DNA of 47,682 nt from Bacteroidetes bacterium QH_7_62_13 (GCA_003023365.1 PXTG01000041.1:1-47682), one strand, 5' to 3'. Shown: positions 19,143 through 28,702, counted from the first letter of the stretch. Notes: generated from the letters alone by a model not told the origin. Numbers and translations: made by a program.

Positions 19143-20483
19143 ATGAGCACGACAGATACTTTTTCCATCGCGAGAGCGGCCTTCCTCATCTCCGTTGTGG
19201 TACTCTCATTCCTGTACGGATACACGACCCGTCAGAACGGATTCTTTCCGGACCAGGTCATCCGACAGGTCCAGAAAGAGGCCAGCAACATCTGGTATCG
19301 GCCCTCCCTCACTACTCGAGTCTACGATCGGCGAGGGGTACGGATCAAGGACTCAAGTGCGATGCAGCCCGGACTGACGTTCATCAATTCGCTTTGGAAC
19401 GATTCCGGAGAGTGGAATCCGGGATTTAACCTCGTCGACCGGGACGGCAATGTACTTCATAGGTGGCGTGTAGACCGCAGTACCCTCTTTCCCGACTCGG
19501 TCGACCGGCGTGGCGACCCGACCCAGAAAATCCTGCACGGATCGTACCTACTCCCCAACGGGGACGTTGTGTTCAACGTTGATTACGTGGGAACGGCACG
19601 TATCGATGCCTGCGGCAACGTGGTCTGGCGCCTGCCAAAGGGCAACCACCACTCCGTCGCGCGAGCCGAGGACGAGACGTTTTGGATTCCCGGAACGAGT
19701 AAGGAGCAGCACCGCACCACCGCCGAGCACCCGGACGGATTTCCCGGCCTCGATAATCCAGTGTGGCTCGATCAACTCCATCACGTGAGCGCGGATGGAA
19801 CCCTTCTCAAGAAAATTAATGTGCTTGACCTCCTTTATGAAAACGACTTGGAGCGATACATCGTCCAGGCGTATCAGCCTCAGACGGGGGACAACCCGCC
19901 CCGAACAGCGGACATCACACACCTGAACGACGTAGAGCCCCTTTCGTCGTCGATGGCCGACGACTATCCGCTCTTCGAGGCGGGGGACTTGCTTGTATCC
20001 CTTCGGGATGTGAACCTTGTCCTCGTCGTCGATCCTGCTACGCGGACGGTGAAATGGTCCGGGTCGAGACCCATCATCAAACAGCACGATCCGGACTTCA
20101 CTGGGGAGGGCCGAATTGGCATCTTCGACAACAACCAGGACTTTGTGAAGCGGGGTCGGATGTTAGGGGGGAGCCGCATCGTGACCGTGCAGCCGCGCAC
20201 CGACTCCGCAGTTGTTCGCTTCCCCACGGCCCAGTCCGAGCCGTTCTACACCGACACGATGGGGAAGTGGCAACAGTTGGCCAACGGGAATATGCTTCTA
20301 ACAGAGTCAAAAGCGGGCCGCGTCGTGGAGGTTTCTCCTAAAGGCCAGACGGTGTGGGAATTGGTTCGAACGCCCTACAACAATTCGAAGGTGCCCCGTG
20401 TATCAAAGGCGTCTCGCGTGGGTCTGACCCGTGAAGACGTGGCCGATTGGCCCTGTTCGTCGACGGCCCCTTCCACCTCATGA
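19143..20483 (+). CDS. Arylsulfotransferase (ASST)-family protein, paralog 3
   Basis: Same motif series; N-terminal part very similar to paralog 1 (RQNGFFPDQ..RQVQ.EASNIWY.PSLTTRV). Confidence 0.85.
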   Translation: MSTTDTFSIARAAFLISVVVLSFLYGYTTRQNGFFPDQVIRQVQKEASNIWYRPSLTTRVYDRRGVRIKDSSAMQPGLTFINSLWNDSGEWNPGFNLVDRDGNVLHRWRVDRSTLFPDSVDRRGDPTQKILHGSYLLPNGDVVFNVDYVGTARIDACGNVVWRLPKGNHHSVARAEDETFWIPGTSKEQHRTTAEHPDGFPGLDNPVWLDQLHHVSADGTLLKKINVLDLLYENDLERYIVQAYQPQTGDNPPRTADITHLNDVEPLSSSMADDYPLFEAGDLLVSLRDVNLVLVVDPATRTVKWSGSRPIIKQHDPDFTGEGRIGIFDNNQDFVKRGRMLGGSRIVTVQPRTDSAVVRFPTAQSEPFYTDTMGKWQQLANGNMLLTESKAGRVVEVSPKGQTVWELVRTPYNNSKVPRVSKASRVGLTREDVADWPCSSTAPSTS

Positions 20484-20514
20484 CAATCATCAAACTAAAT
20501 TCGATTTGCCCCTC

Positions 20515-20751
20515 ATGGACACACTGGTTCGCTCCGTCCTCGTGCTTCTCACGATCGGTGTCGCTCTCTCTATAAGTCCGGACGCCGCCCTTGCCTACGG
20601 CGGACCGGGAAGCGTCATTTCCGGCATCGGCACGCTTCTGGCCGCCATTGCCGCCGTACTGGCCGCGCTCTTTGGCTTCGTCTGGTTTCCGCTGAAGCGG
20701 CTCTACGCCAAGCTGACCGATGACCCTACCGAGGAGGAAGAAGTCGCATGA
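20515..20751 (+). CDS. Small membrane protein: signal peptide, YGGPG motif, one TM helix
   Basis: MDTLVRSVLVLLTIGVALSISPDAALA-YGGPGS, TM helix, KRLYAK, acidic tail; stop overlaps the next ATG (ATGA). Confidence 0.75.
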   Translation: MDTLVRSVLVLLTIGVALSISPDAALAYGGPGSVISGIGTLLAAIAAVLAALFGFVWFPLKRLYAKLTDDPTEEEEVA

Positions 20752-21131
20752 CCCTCGCGCTTGCCATCTTCGTCGTGGTGGGCTTTGCCGGGGTTCTCGA
20801 GTACTTAGATCTCCCGGAGCGGGCCCGAGCCGTCGGGGAGCGAAGCCGAGACGCCCTCGCGGTGTTCCGCAATGATTCGTTGAGCGACCGCGAGAAAGAA
20901 GAGGCCCTTCAGGGCCACGCGGGCCGCCTCTTTGCCCTGCTGGGCATCCTGGCGGGGGGCAGTGTCCTCGCCCTGGGCGGCCCCCTTGCCGTCGTGTGGG
21001 GCCTGGAGCGCGTCGGCGTCGGCTCCTTCGCGGCGGTCCTGCGCATTCTGCAACGCCTTGACTTCCTGGCCGCCACGATCATCGTCGGCCTGCTGGGCTA
21101 TCTGCTCGTTCGATTCCTCCGTTCCCCATGA
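20748..21131 (+). CDS. Small multi-pass membrane protein of unknown function
   Basis: About 3 hydrophobic segments, LSDREKEEALQ loop; ATGA-coupled on both sides. Confidence 0.8.
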   Translation: MTLALAIFVVVGFAGVLEYLDLPERARAVGERSRDALAVFRNDSLSDREKEEALQGHAGRLFALLGILAGGSVLALGGPLAVVWGLERVGVGSFAAVLRILQRLDFLAATIIVGLLGYLLVRFLRSP

Positions 21132-22198
21132 ACTTCGACGAGCGCTACGGCACCCTCGACCGCCTCCTCTACCGCATCGCCTTCCGGGGCGGAACGGCCC
21201 AGCACGCGATGGCCGACATGGAGGAGATGGTGTTCCAGGACGAACTGGAATCCGTCTCGGCGGACGGCCCCGTCTTCATCACGTCGCTGCCCCGGGCCGG
21301 AACGACGATCCTCCTGAAACTCCTCTGGAACACTGGGGCCTTCGCGAGCCACACCTACCAGGACATGCCGTTCGTGCTCTGTCCGCTGCTCTGGAACCAG
21401 TTCTCCAGCCAGTTCGCGGAAGAGGACGTGGCCCGAGAGCGAACGCACGGCGATGGCCTCCAGGTCTCCGGCACGAGCCCCGAGGCCTTCGAGGACATGG
21501 TCTGGAAGCACTTCTGGCCCGACCACTACCAGAACGACCACATTCGCCCCTGGCGGTCGGACGAGAAGAACCCCGAGTTCAACGCGTTCTTCGAGACCCA
21601 CATGCGCAAGGTGATCGCCGTCCGGCGGGACGAACGACCGGACGCGAGGCGCTATCTCTCGAAGAACAACCTCAACATTGCCCGCCTGGCTGCCCCACCG
21701 GCTCCGCTCCGCACGGGCACGTTCCTCGTCCCGTTCCGAACGCCGGTGCAGCAGGCCGCGTCCATGTATCGCCAGCACGAGCGCTTTCTGGAACTCCACG
21801 AGGAGGACGACTTCGTCCGGGAGTACATGGAGGCCATCGGCCACCACGAGTTCGGCAAGGGCCTGCGTCCGGTCAACTTCGACGACTGGCTCTCCGACGC
21901 CTCGGCCCCGAGCGACCTGGCCTTCTGGGTGGAATACTGGGTGGCCACCTACCGGCACATCCTCCAGCACGCGGACGACGCCGTCCTCGTGTCCTACGCC
22001 CGCTTGACCGCCGAGCCCACCGACAGCCTCTCGCGGCTGGCCGAGGCACTGGATCTGCCAGCGGCCGACCTCACGTCGCAGGCCGATCAGTTGCGTCCGC
22101 CGCGCACCCACTCGGTGGACCGGGACACCCTGCCGTCCTCCCTGGTCCAGACGGCAACAGACCTTTACGAGCGCCTCGACCGGGCAGCGGACGTGTGA
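21128..22198 (+). CDS. PAPS-dependent sulfotransferase
   Basis: PVFITSLPRAGTTILL, ERTHGDG, SPEAFED, YLSKNN, FRTPVQQAAS. Confidence 0.88.
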   Translation: MNFDERYGTLDRLLYRIAFRGGTAQHAMADMEEMVFQDELESVSADGPVFITSLPRAGTTILLKLLWNTGAFASHTYQDMPFVLCPLLWNQFSSQFAEEDVARERTHGDGLQVSGTSPEAFEDMVWKHFWPDHYQNDHIRPWRSDEKNPEFNAFFETHMRKVIAVRRDERPDARRYLSKNNLNIARLAAPPAPLRTGTFLVPFRTPVQQAASMYRQHERFLELHEEDDFVREYMEAIGHHEFGKGLRPVNFDDWLSDASAPSDLAFWVEYWVATYRHILQHADDAVLVSYARLTAEPTDSLSRLAEALDLPAADLTSQADQLRPPRTHSVDRDTLPSSLVQTATDLYERLDRAADV

Positions 22199-22296
22199 CT
22201 CACCGTGGGCCCTCCCGGCGTGGCAATCCCGTGGCAATCGTTCATTTCAAACAGTTCGTCCCCTCCGGATCCTTCCCCCTTCGTTTTTTTGCGACG

Positions 22297-23748
22297 ATGG
22301 TTCTTCCGCACGTGGCCTGTCCTCGCCGACGCGCACTTCTCTTCGTGGCACTGTTTGCGTTCACGGTTCTCGGACCCGCCTCCGCGTCCGGACAGTCGCC
22401 TCCCCCCGACAGCACCACGTACGGGGCGGACGCCCTCACTGCCGCCTCGGAAGCCCCCCGTGTGACGCTGGCGGAGTGGGCCGCCGAGCGACGCCTCTGG
22501 ATGCTGGATCGGGACCACGCCTACGGCGATCGATTCTATGACCGAGGGGTCTTCCGGCACATCACGCCCCGGATGGATCGGGAATACGCTATCGATCTGG
22601 CCACGTACCGCTACACGCCCGGGCAGGACCGGGCCTGGCACCGGCGCGACGGCGGCCTTCGGGTCCGAACGGGGAGCATTACTCGCAATCAGTGGGGCAT
22701 CGTCACGCAGATCAAGCAAGCTGTCGGGATTGGGGAGGGACACACCTTGCAGTTCGACGCCGTCCTTCAGGAAGATGCGCAGGCGGAGCGCGGCCTTCTC
22801 GAAATTGGCTACGAATGGGCCATCACGTCCGCCCACCGCGTGGGCGTCCGCCACACGTTCGCCCAGTATAAACCTGATTTCGACGTCTCGCTCTTCTACC
22901 GGTACGGCACGGCGACGCGTGGACGGGTGCGGGCCGAGGTGACGGCCCTCGACGCGTACAACGACTTCTTGTTCGGCACGCTGGGCGTCTGGAAAGGAGA
23001 AGAAGAGTATGAGCGGATTTATGAACAGAACCCCTACCTGCTCCAGCTCTCCGCCGCCTCACCGACTCGGTATTCCTTACGGGCTGAACTGTACCTGGGC
23101 TGGCAGCCGACAAGTGAGCTGGTGGTGCAGTCGCAGTTCGAGGACCCCGTGCGCTACCGGGACCGCGAGACGGCCCACTATCTCGGGGCGCTGCTCGCGT
23201 ACGACCTGGGACCGATCTCAGCGGGCGCCGTCTACCAGCGCGACCGATCGACCCTCGACCGTCGGGGGCTGCGCCCGGGCGTCACCAGCGACTACCGCAC
23301 CGAGCAGCGGGACCAGCGCGCCGGGCTCTTCACGACGGGCGCGTGGGGGCCGTTTCGGGGGGGCGCCTGGGTTTTTCTGGAGGGATACACCGATCAGCAG
23401 CGAGGCTCCGACTTCCAGCTCTCGACCATCGACCAACCGCTAGACTGGACGGAAGCGCGCACCAACGTACAGCTTCGGGCCTACTACGCCCCGGCCCGAA
23501 CCGGCGTATTCGCGGGGCTCGAATACATTGCACTGAACCGCCGTCCGACCGACCCGTCCGGCGTGATGGGCAAACAGTGGGCGACGGGGTGGGCCGGTCG
23601 TGGCCTCAGTCACTACCGAGGACCTGTGATCCTCGGGTACCGGTTCGGAAAGGGGGCCGTGTCGGTGGGCATCAACTACGACTTCGATGGGGACCAGAAG
23701 GGGGATCGGTTCGACAATGGCTTCTTTCGCTTCACAATTGGCTGGTGA
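22297..23748 (+). CDS. Putative outer-membrane beta-barrel protein
   Basis: Signal peptide (RRRALLFVALFAFTVLGPASASG-Q), Tyr/Gly-rich amphipathic strands, C-terminal FFRFTIGW beta-signal. Confidence 0.75.
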   Translation: MVLPHVACPRRRALLFVALFAFTVLGPASASGQSPPPDSTTYGADALTAASEAPRVTLAEWAAERRLWMLDRDHAYGDRFYDRGVFRHITPRMDREYAIDLATYRYTPGQDRAWHRRDGGLRVRTGSITRNQWGIVTQIKQAVGIGEGHTLQFDAVLQEDAQAERGLLEIGYEWAITSAHRVGVRHTFAQYKPDFDVSLFYRYGTATRGRVRAEVTALDAYNDFLFGTLGVWKGEEEYERIYEQNPYLLQLSAASPTRYSLRAELYLGWQPTSELVVQSQFEDPVRYRDRETAHYLGALLAYDLGPISAGAVYQRDRSTLDRRGLRPGVTSDYRTEQRDQRAGLFTTGAWGPFRGGAWVFLEGYTDQQRGSDFQLSTIDQPLDWTEARTNVQLRAYYAPARTGVFAGLEYIALNRRPTDPSGVMGKQWATGWAGRGLSHYRGPVILGYRFGKGAVSVGINYDFDGDQKGDRFDNGFFRFTIGW

Positions 23749-24004
23749 CTGAACCGGGCGAGCCCATCCGACCGATTTCGATTTGAGTCTCCGTCTATGC
23801 TCCCGATTCGCCGGTCAGGGTACACGCCACGACCGGAAGGGCGTACGGCTCTTGGACAAGAAAATCTCCTTAGTCTTCGTCGTCTCGGGACGAACCCATC
23901 CGTCCCGCCCGCATTCAGGGCCTTTGGCTTATCAGAGTCTTTGGCTTATCCGGGGCGCCAGCGATCCGCCGCCGCACTCCCCGCCTTGCCCGCTGCTTCC
24001 ACCG

Positions 24005-25231
24005 ATGAACGTACTCATCTGGGCCACGACCTTCGGCGCAGACCTTTGGAGCTTTACGAAGTATCTCGACGACCAGCCGGGGGTCACCGTCAAGGTTGTG
24101 ATGGACGAACCGGACCGCTTCCGTCGTCAGGGCGTGCACGAGCTATACCCGCTCGATGCCGATCTGGTTAAGCGCCGGTTCTGGCACTACCTGGTTGGGG
24201 TGCCGGGCTTCGACGCGGACATTACGATCATGGACAACCGCACGCCGTTCTCCCGCACCTCCCCAAAGGCCCTGATGCTGTGGCACGGCTTCGGGTGGAA
24301 GGGACCGGACGACGAGGAAGACCTCTGGTGGCTGCATCGATCGTTGCGGCGAACGTGGGGGGACGCGCGGGAGCCGAACCCGGATTTTGCCTGGCAGTGC
24401 TTTGGGCCGTGGGACAAGAAGCACCGGACGGAGGTGACCGGCATTCATCCCGACAACTGCTACCTCCTCGGGGCCGCGAGTCACGATGACCTTCGTACGC
24501 CCATGGACCGCTCCCGTGCCCAGCCCTACTACCCCTTCGACGTCGTCGACGCGCCCACGGTGCTCGTGGCCCCCACCTGGCACTACGGCGAGGTCTTTGA
24601 GCATTGGGGCACCGACGAAGACCTTCTGAATCGCCTCGTGCGCCATGTGGGACAGCGCGGGGCCAACGTCATCCTGCGCCTGCACGACTCCTACCGATTT
24701 GATCGCGGCTACCGCGCGATGCTGGACGACCTGGCCACCCGCTACGACCACGTGATGCTGAAGTACAAGGATCGGTACCCCGACAACTACCTGGACCTTC
24801 AGGTAGCCGATACCCTCATCACCAACTACAGCAGTATCGCCAACCTCTTCTACGCCACCGGCCGCCCCACCATTCACGTCTACCCGGTGGCCGACGCCGA
24901 CGAGGCCTTCATGTCGCGCACCTACACGTTCGCTGGAGTACTGGAGAGCAAGGTGGAGTCGGCCCGCCACATTTGGAAACTTCCCCCCGAGGAGCATGGG
25001 GGATTACTCGCCCACGACTTCGATCAGATGCTCGCCCAGGTAGACCAGGCGCTCGACGCCCCCGATTGCTGCCGCGACACCGCACAAACATTTTTAAACG
25101 ACCACATGCTGGGCGCGGATGGACGCAACTGCGAGCGCATCTGGGAAACCGTGCAGGCTCTCGTCGACAATCGTCCCCCCGACCTACCTCCGCCCACCAA
25201 TGCGAAGGGACGCGATTCATTGGAAAATTGA
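24005..25231 (+). CDS. CDP-glycerol glycerophosphotransferase (TagB/TagF)-family protein
   Basis: LWHGFGWKG, VLVAPTWH, VILRLHD, ADTLITNYSSIA..F..TGRPTI, ADGRNCERI. Confidence 0.8.
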   Translation: MNVLIWATTFGADLWSFTKYLDDQPGVTVKVVMDEPDRFRRQGVHELYPLDADLVKRRFWHYLVGVPGFDADITIMDNRTPFSRTSPKALMLWHGFGWKGPDDEEDLWWLHRSLRRTWGDAREPNPDFAWQCFGPWDKKHRTEVTGIHPDNCYLLGAASHDDLRTPMDRSRAQPYYPFDVVDAPTVLVAPTWHYGEVFEHWGTDEDLLNRLVRHVGQRGANVILRLHDSYRFDRGYRAMLDDLATRYDHVMLKYKDRYPDNYLDLQVADTLITNYSSIANLFYATGRPTIHVYPVADADEAFMSRTYTFAGVLESKVESARHIWKLPPEEHGGLLAHDFDQMLAQVDQALDAPDCCRDTAQTFLNDHMLGADGRNCERIWETVQALVDNRPPDLPPPTNAKGRDSLEN

Positions 25232-25297
25232 CTACCGCAGCCGAGCTTTTCCGCGCACAGAGTCGATTGCGGGCCCGTCCCGTGTTTTATAGACTGT

Positions 25298-25305
25298 TAC
25301 CTTTG
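25298..25305 (+). promoter_or_regulatory. Possible Bacteroidota-type -7 box (TAnnTTTG) upstream of ino1
   Basis: TACCTTTG in the intergenic region ~190 nt before the ATG; short motif, could be chance. Confidence 0.3.
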
Positions 25306-25498
25306 CGATTTGCACCGCGCCTATACCAGGTGGTCTTGTTAGGAAAATGCAGGTGAGACGTCAAGGCGCGGTCCTCCAGAACGGCAGACGCCCACCGACT
25401 ACAAATACGTCCTTCCCTTATTGCTCCGTGCGTCGGGGGCCTCTACCGACGGACGGGAATACACGTTCATCAGATTCGTACTTGAATTCTCCCGTTTG

Positions 25499-26857
25499 AT
25501 GTCCGACGACACCACGCCCGAGATTACGCCCCACGAGGGCAAGCTTCTGGTTCTTACCCCCGGTCTGGGAGCCGTTTCCACCACGTTTATCGCCGGGGTC
25601 GAGTCGATCCGTCGCGGGCACTCCAAGCCCATCGGCTCCCTCTCACAGATGCAGACCATCCGGCTCGGTCGCCGCTCCGAGCACCGAAGTCCCCTCATCA
25701 AGGATTTCGTGGACCTCGCCCCACTGGACGATCTGGAATTTGGCGCGTGGGACGTGTTTGAAGATGACGCCTACGAAGCCGCCCGTCGTGCCGAAGTGTT
25801 GGACCAGGACGATCTGGCCCCGCTGGAGGACTTCCTCCACACCATCAAACCTATGTCGGCTGCCTTCAGCAAGGAATACGTGAAGCGGCTCGACGGCCCC
25901 AACGTAAAGCAGGGCGCTACGAAGAAGGACCTCGCCGAGGCCCTCCGTGAGGATATCCGACGGCGCAAGGAAGAAACCGATGCCGACCGCGCCGTCATGA
26001 TCTGGTGTGGCTCCACGGAGATTTACATGAAACCCTCCGAGTGTCATCTCTCCATCGAAGAGTTCGAGGAGGGCATGGAACGCAACGACCCCTCCATCTC
26101 CCCCTCTCAACTCTACGCCTACGCGGCCATCAAAGAGGGCGTGGCCTACGCCAACGGTGCCCCCAACCTCTCCGCCGACATTCCCGCCCTGGAGCAGCTG
26201 GCCGAGCAAAACGACGTGCCCATCGCCGGCAAAGACTTCAAGACGGGCCAGACGCTGATGAAAACGATTCTGGCCCCCGGTATGAAGGCACGGATGCTCG
26301 GCATCGAAGGCTGGTTTTCGACCAACATCTTGGGGAACCGCGACGGGGAAGTCCTCGACGACGAATCGAGCTTCCGGGCCAAAGAAGTGACCAAGTCCGG
26401 GGTGCTGGGCACGATTCTTCAACCGGATAAGTACGACGATCTTTACGACGACCTCGACCACAAGGTATCGATCAACTACTACCCGCCGCGTGGCGACGCG
26501 AAAGAGGGCTGGGACAACATCGATATTTTCGGGTGGCTCGGCTACCCGATGCAGATCAAGCTCGACTTCCTCTGTCGCGATTCCATCCTTGCCGCGCCCA
26601 TTGTGCTGGATCTCGCGCTCTTCCTCGACCTTGCCCAGCGCAGCGGGCGAAAGGGCATTCAGGAATGGCTTTCCTTCTACTTCAAGAGCCCACACGTCAT
26701 CGAAGGGCACGTCCGCGAGCACGATCTCTTCATTCAGCATTTTCGGCTGAAGAACACGCTGCGCGTCCTCGGCGGCGCCGAGCCGTTGACGCATCTATCC
26801 GAGAATTACCCGATGTCCGAGAACGTCTCCGAACCGACCCCCTCGTCGAATGAGTGA
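25499..26857 (+). CDS. ino1: Inositol-3-phosphate synthase (MIPS)
   Basis: GLGAVSTT, WCGSTE, YANGAPN, GKDFKTGQT, WFSTNILGNRDG, YYPPRGDAKEGWD, CRDSILAAP, LSFYFKSP. Confidence 0.95.
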   Translation: MSDDTTPEITPHEGKLLVLTPGLGAVSTTFIAGVESIRRGHSKPIGSLSQMQTIRLGRRSEHRSPLIKDFVDLAPLDDLEFGAWDVFEDDAYEAARRAEVLDQDDLAPLEDFLHTIKPMSAAFSKEYVKRLDGPNVKQGATKKDLAEALREDIRRRKEETDADRAVMIWCGSTEIYMKPSECHLSIEEFEEGMERNDPSISPSQLYAYAAIKEGVAYANGAPNLSADIPALEQLAEQNDVPIAGKDFKTGQTLMKTILAPGMKARMLGIEGWFSTNILGNRDGEVLDDESSFRAKEVTKSGVLGTILQPDKYDDLYDDLDHKVSINYYPPRGDAKEGWDNIDIFGWLGYPMQIKLDFLCRDSILAAPIVLDLALFLDLAQRSGRKGIQEWLSFYFKSPHVIEGHVREHDLFIQHFRLKNTLRVLGGAEPLTHLSENYPMSENVSEPTPSSNE

Positions 26858-27605
26858 TACCGCTACCCCCCGCACCGGCGTCATTCTAGCCGCCGGCTTC
26901 GGCTCTCGACTGGCCGGCACCCACGAAACCACCGACCTCAAACCCCTCACCCCGGTCGCGGGCACCCCGCTTCTCATCCGGACCCTCAACAGCCTGGAGA
27001 CGGCCGGGTGCAGCCGAGCCGTCATCGTGGTGGGCTACGGCATGGAAACCGTGCAGTCGGAAATCCAGGACCGCTACGACGGTCCCCTTTCCCTGACGTT
27101 TGCCGTGAACGAGCACTACGATCTGCAGAATGGGGTGTCCGTGCTGGCGGCCGAGCCGCACGTCGGCAAAGGCCCCTTTCTCCTCACCATGGCCGACCAC
27201 GTGCTCGGGGATACGCTCATGGAGAAGGCCCGCCGTCACCGTCCGCCCGAGCGTGGGGCTACGCTGCTGGTCGACTACAAACTTGACATCATCTTCGACA
27301 TGGACGACGCGACAAAGGTGCGCGTCGGCGACGGGCGCCCCAAAGCCATCGGCAAGACACTTGACGACTACAACTGCGTCGACACCGGGGTCTTCGTGGC
27401 CACCGACGGCCTGATGGAGGCCCTCTCGGCCGTGTACGCGGCGAAGGGCGACGTCGCTCTCTCCGACGGCATCCAACGCCTCATGGGCGAGGGCCGCATG
27501 CAAACGCTCGACATCGGTCCCGGCTTCTGGCAGGACGTAGACACGCCCGAGATGCTCGCCCACGCTGAGGAGATGCTTCGGGGCGACCTCGTGCCCGCCG
27601 AGTAA
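26850..27605 (+). CDS. Nucleotidyltransferase, IPCT/LicC-like (probable CTP:inositol-1-phosphate cytidylyltransferase)
   Basis: GVILAAGFGSRL, KPL, NGVSVL, LTMADH, FDMDDATKV, IGK.L..YNCVDTGVF, WQDVDTPE; overlaps the ino1 stop. Confidence 0.8.
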   Translation: MSDTATPRTGVILAAGFGSRLAGTHETTDLKPLTPVAGTPLLIRTLNSLETAGCSRAVIVVGYGMETVQSEIQDRYDGPLSLTFAVNEHYDLQNGVSVLAAEPHVGKGPFLLTMADHVLGDTLMEKARRHRPPERGATLLVDYKLDIIFDMDDATKVRVGDGRPKAIGKTLDDYNCVDTGVFVATDGLMEALSAVYAAKGDVALSDGIQRLMGEGRMQTLDIGPGFWQDVDTPEMLAHAEEMLRGDLVPAE

Positions 27606-27749
27606 AGGTCGGTGTTTTGTAACGCCGTGGGTGGCCGAATGCAACGAACGTGGACGTCTTGGGCCTCCGACCCGGGCAGCCCGTTACCGTGAGCCTGTCT
27701 CGGGCGGCTACGTAGGGCACGTTCGGCCTTCTCACAATGAGGTACTTCT

Positions 27750-28532
27750 ATGCCGCGTCGCGTTGTTCTCTTCTTCGTCCTCGGCCTGGGCCTCATCCTT
27801 CCAGGACACGCCCAGTCTCCCGATCAGAAAGGGTGCGAGGGGATTCCTGCGGAGTTGAACTGCAAGCTGCTCGACGACTTCGAAGCGACCCCTCCCGGTG
27901 ATCCGCCTCGGAAGTGGCGAGCGCTCAAAAACCGGAAACCGGTCCCGCTTGCGACCGGGGACATGATGACCGAGCACAAAAACGCCTATGTGCGAAAAGA
28001 GGAAGGCAACCAATTCGTACGCATTTACACTGACCAAAGGGGACTGCGGATTGTGATGCCTTTCGAGAACGGCCCCCGGACCTGGAATCTCGACAAACGC
28101 TCAGTTTTGCAGTGGACGTGGCGAGCCCAAGATCTCCCAGACGGAGGAAACGAAAAGAAAAGGAGTTCGAACGACACGGGAGGAGCATTCTACGTCACCT
28201 TCGGCACCGATTGGCTCGGTCGGCCCAAGAGCGTAAAATATACCTATAGTTCGACTCTGCCGGTCGGTACGACCGTAGATTACGGACCACTGAAGGTACT
28301 CGTTGTAGCCTCTGGGGAGGAGCAAGGAACTGGCCAGTGGGTTCGCCACGAACGGAATGTCGTCGAAGACTACAAAGAGCTGTTCGGAGAACCCCCAGAT
28401 GAGTCTCCTTCTGGAATTGCTCTTTGGAGCGACTCCGATACTCTCAATGAGACCGCAACGATTGATTTCGACGACATTCTACTCCTCTCAGGGTTCTCGA
28501 ACGCCACGTCGACTGCTGCTTCTCAGAAGTAG
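27750..28532 (+). CDS. DUF3047-family exported protein
   Basis: Signal peptide; LQWTW...LPDG..E.....ND.....YVTF, VKYTYSS.LPVGT, W..HERNVVEDYKELFGE.P...GIALWSDSD. Confidence 0.8.
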   Translation: MPRRVVLFFVLGLGLILPGHAQSPDQKGCEGIPAELNCKLLDDFEATPPGDPPRKWRALKNRKPVPLATGDMMTEHKNAYVRKEEGNQFVRIYTDQRGLRIVMPFENGPRTWNLDKRSVLQWTWRAQDLPDGGNEKKRSSNDTGGAFYVTFGTDWLGRPKSVKYTYSSTLPVGTTVDYGPLKVLVVASGEEQGTGQWVRHERNVVEDYKELFGEPPDESPSGIALWSDSDTLNETATIDFDDILLLSGFSNATSTAASQK

Positions 28533-28702
28533 CAGGGGGTGGACGCGTTCAATCCGGCGCTTCGCGTCCCAGTCGTCGATCCTCTCCGGCACGGTGTTAC
28601 GACGACCTCCACTGTTCCGAAGCTGGCTCTTCGCTTTGTCAGGTTAACATCCTGCGGTTTCCTCCCGTAACCGGTAATCTGCCTTGCCCCTCCACGATCA
28701 CC

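Noticed and set aside
20932-22296. N-terminal 455 aa of the 938-aa ORF 20932-23748
   Set aside because: Arg/Pro/Gly-rich off-frame shadow of the membrane protein and sulfotransferase genes; the real gene starts at 22297 with a signal peptide
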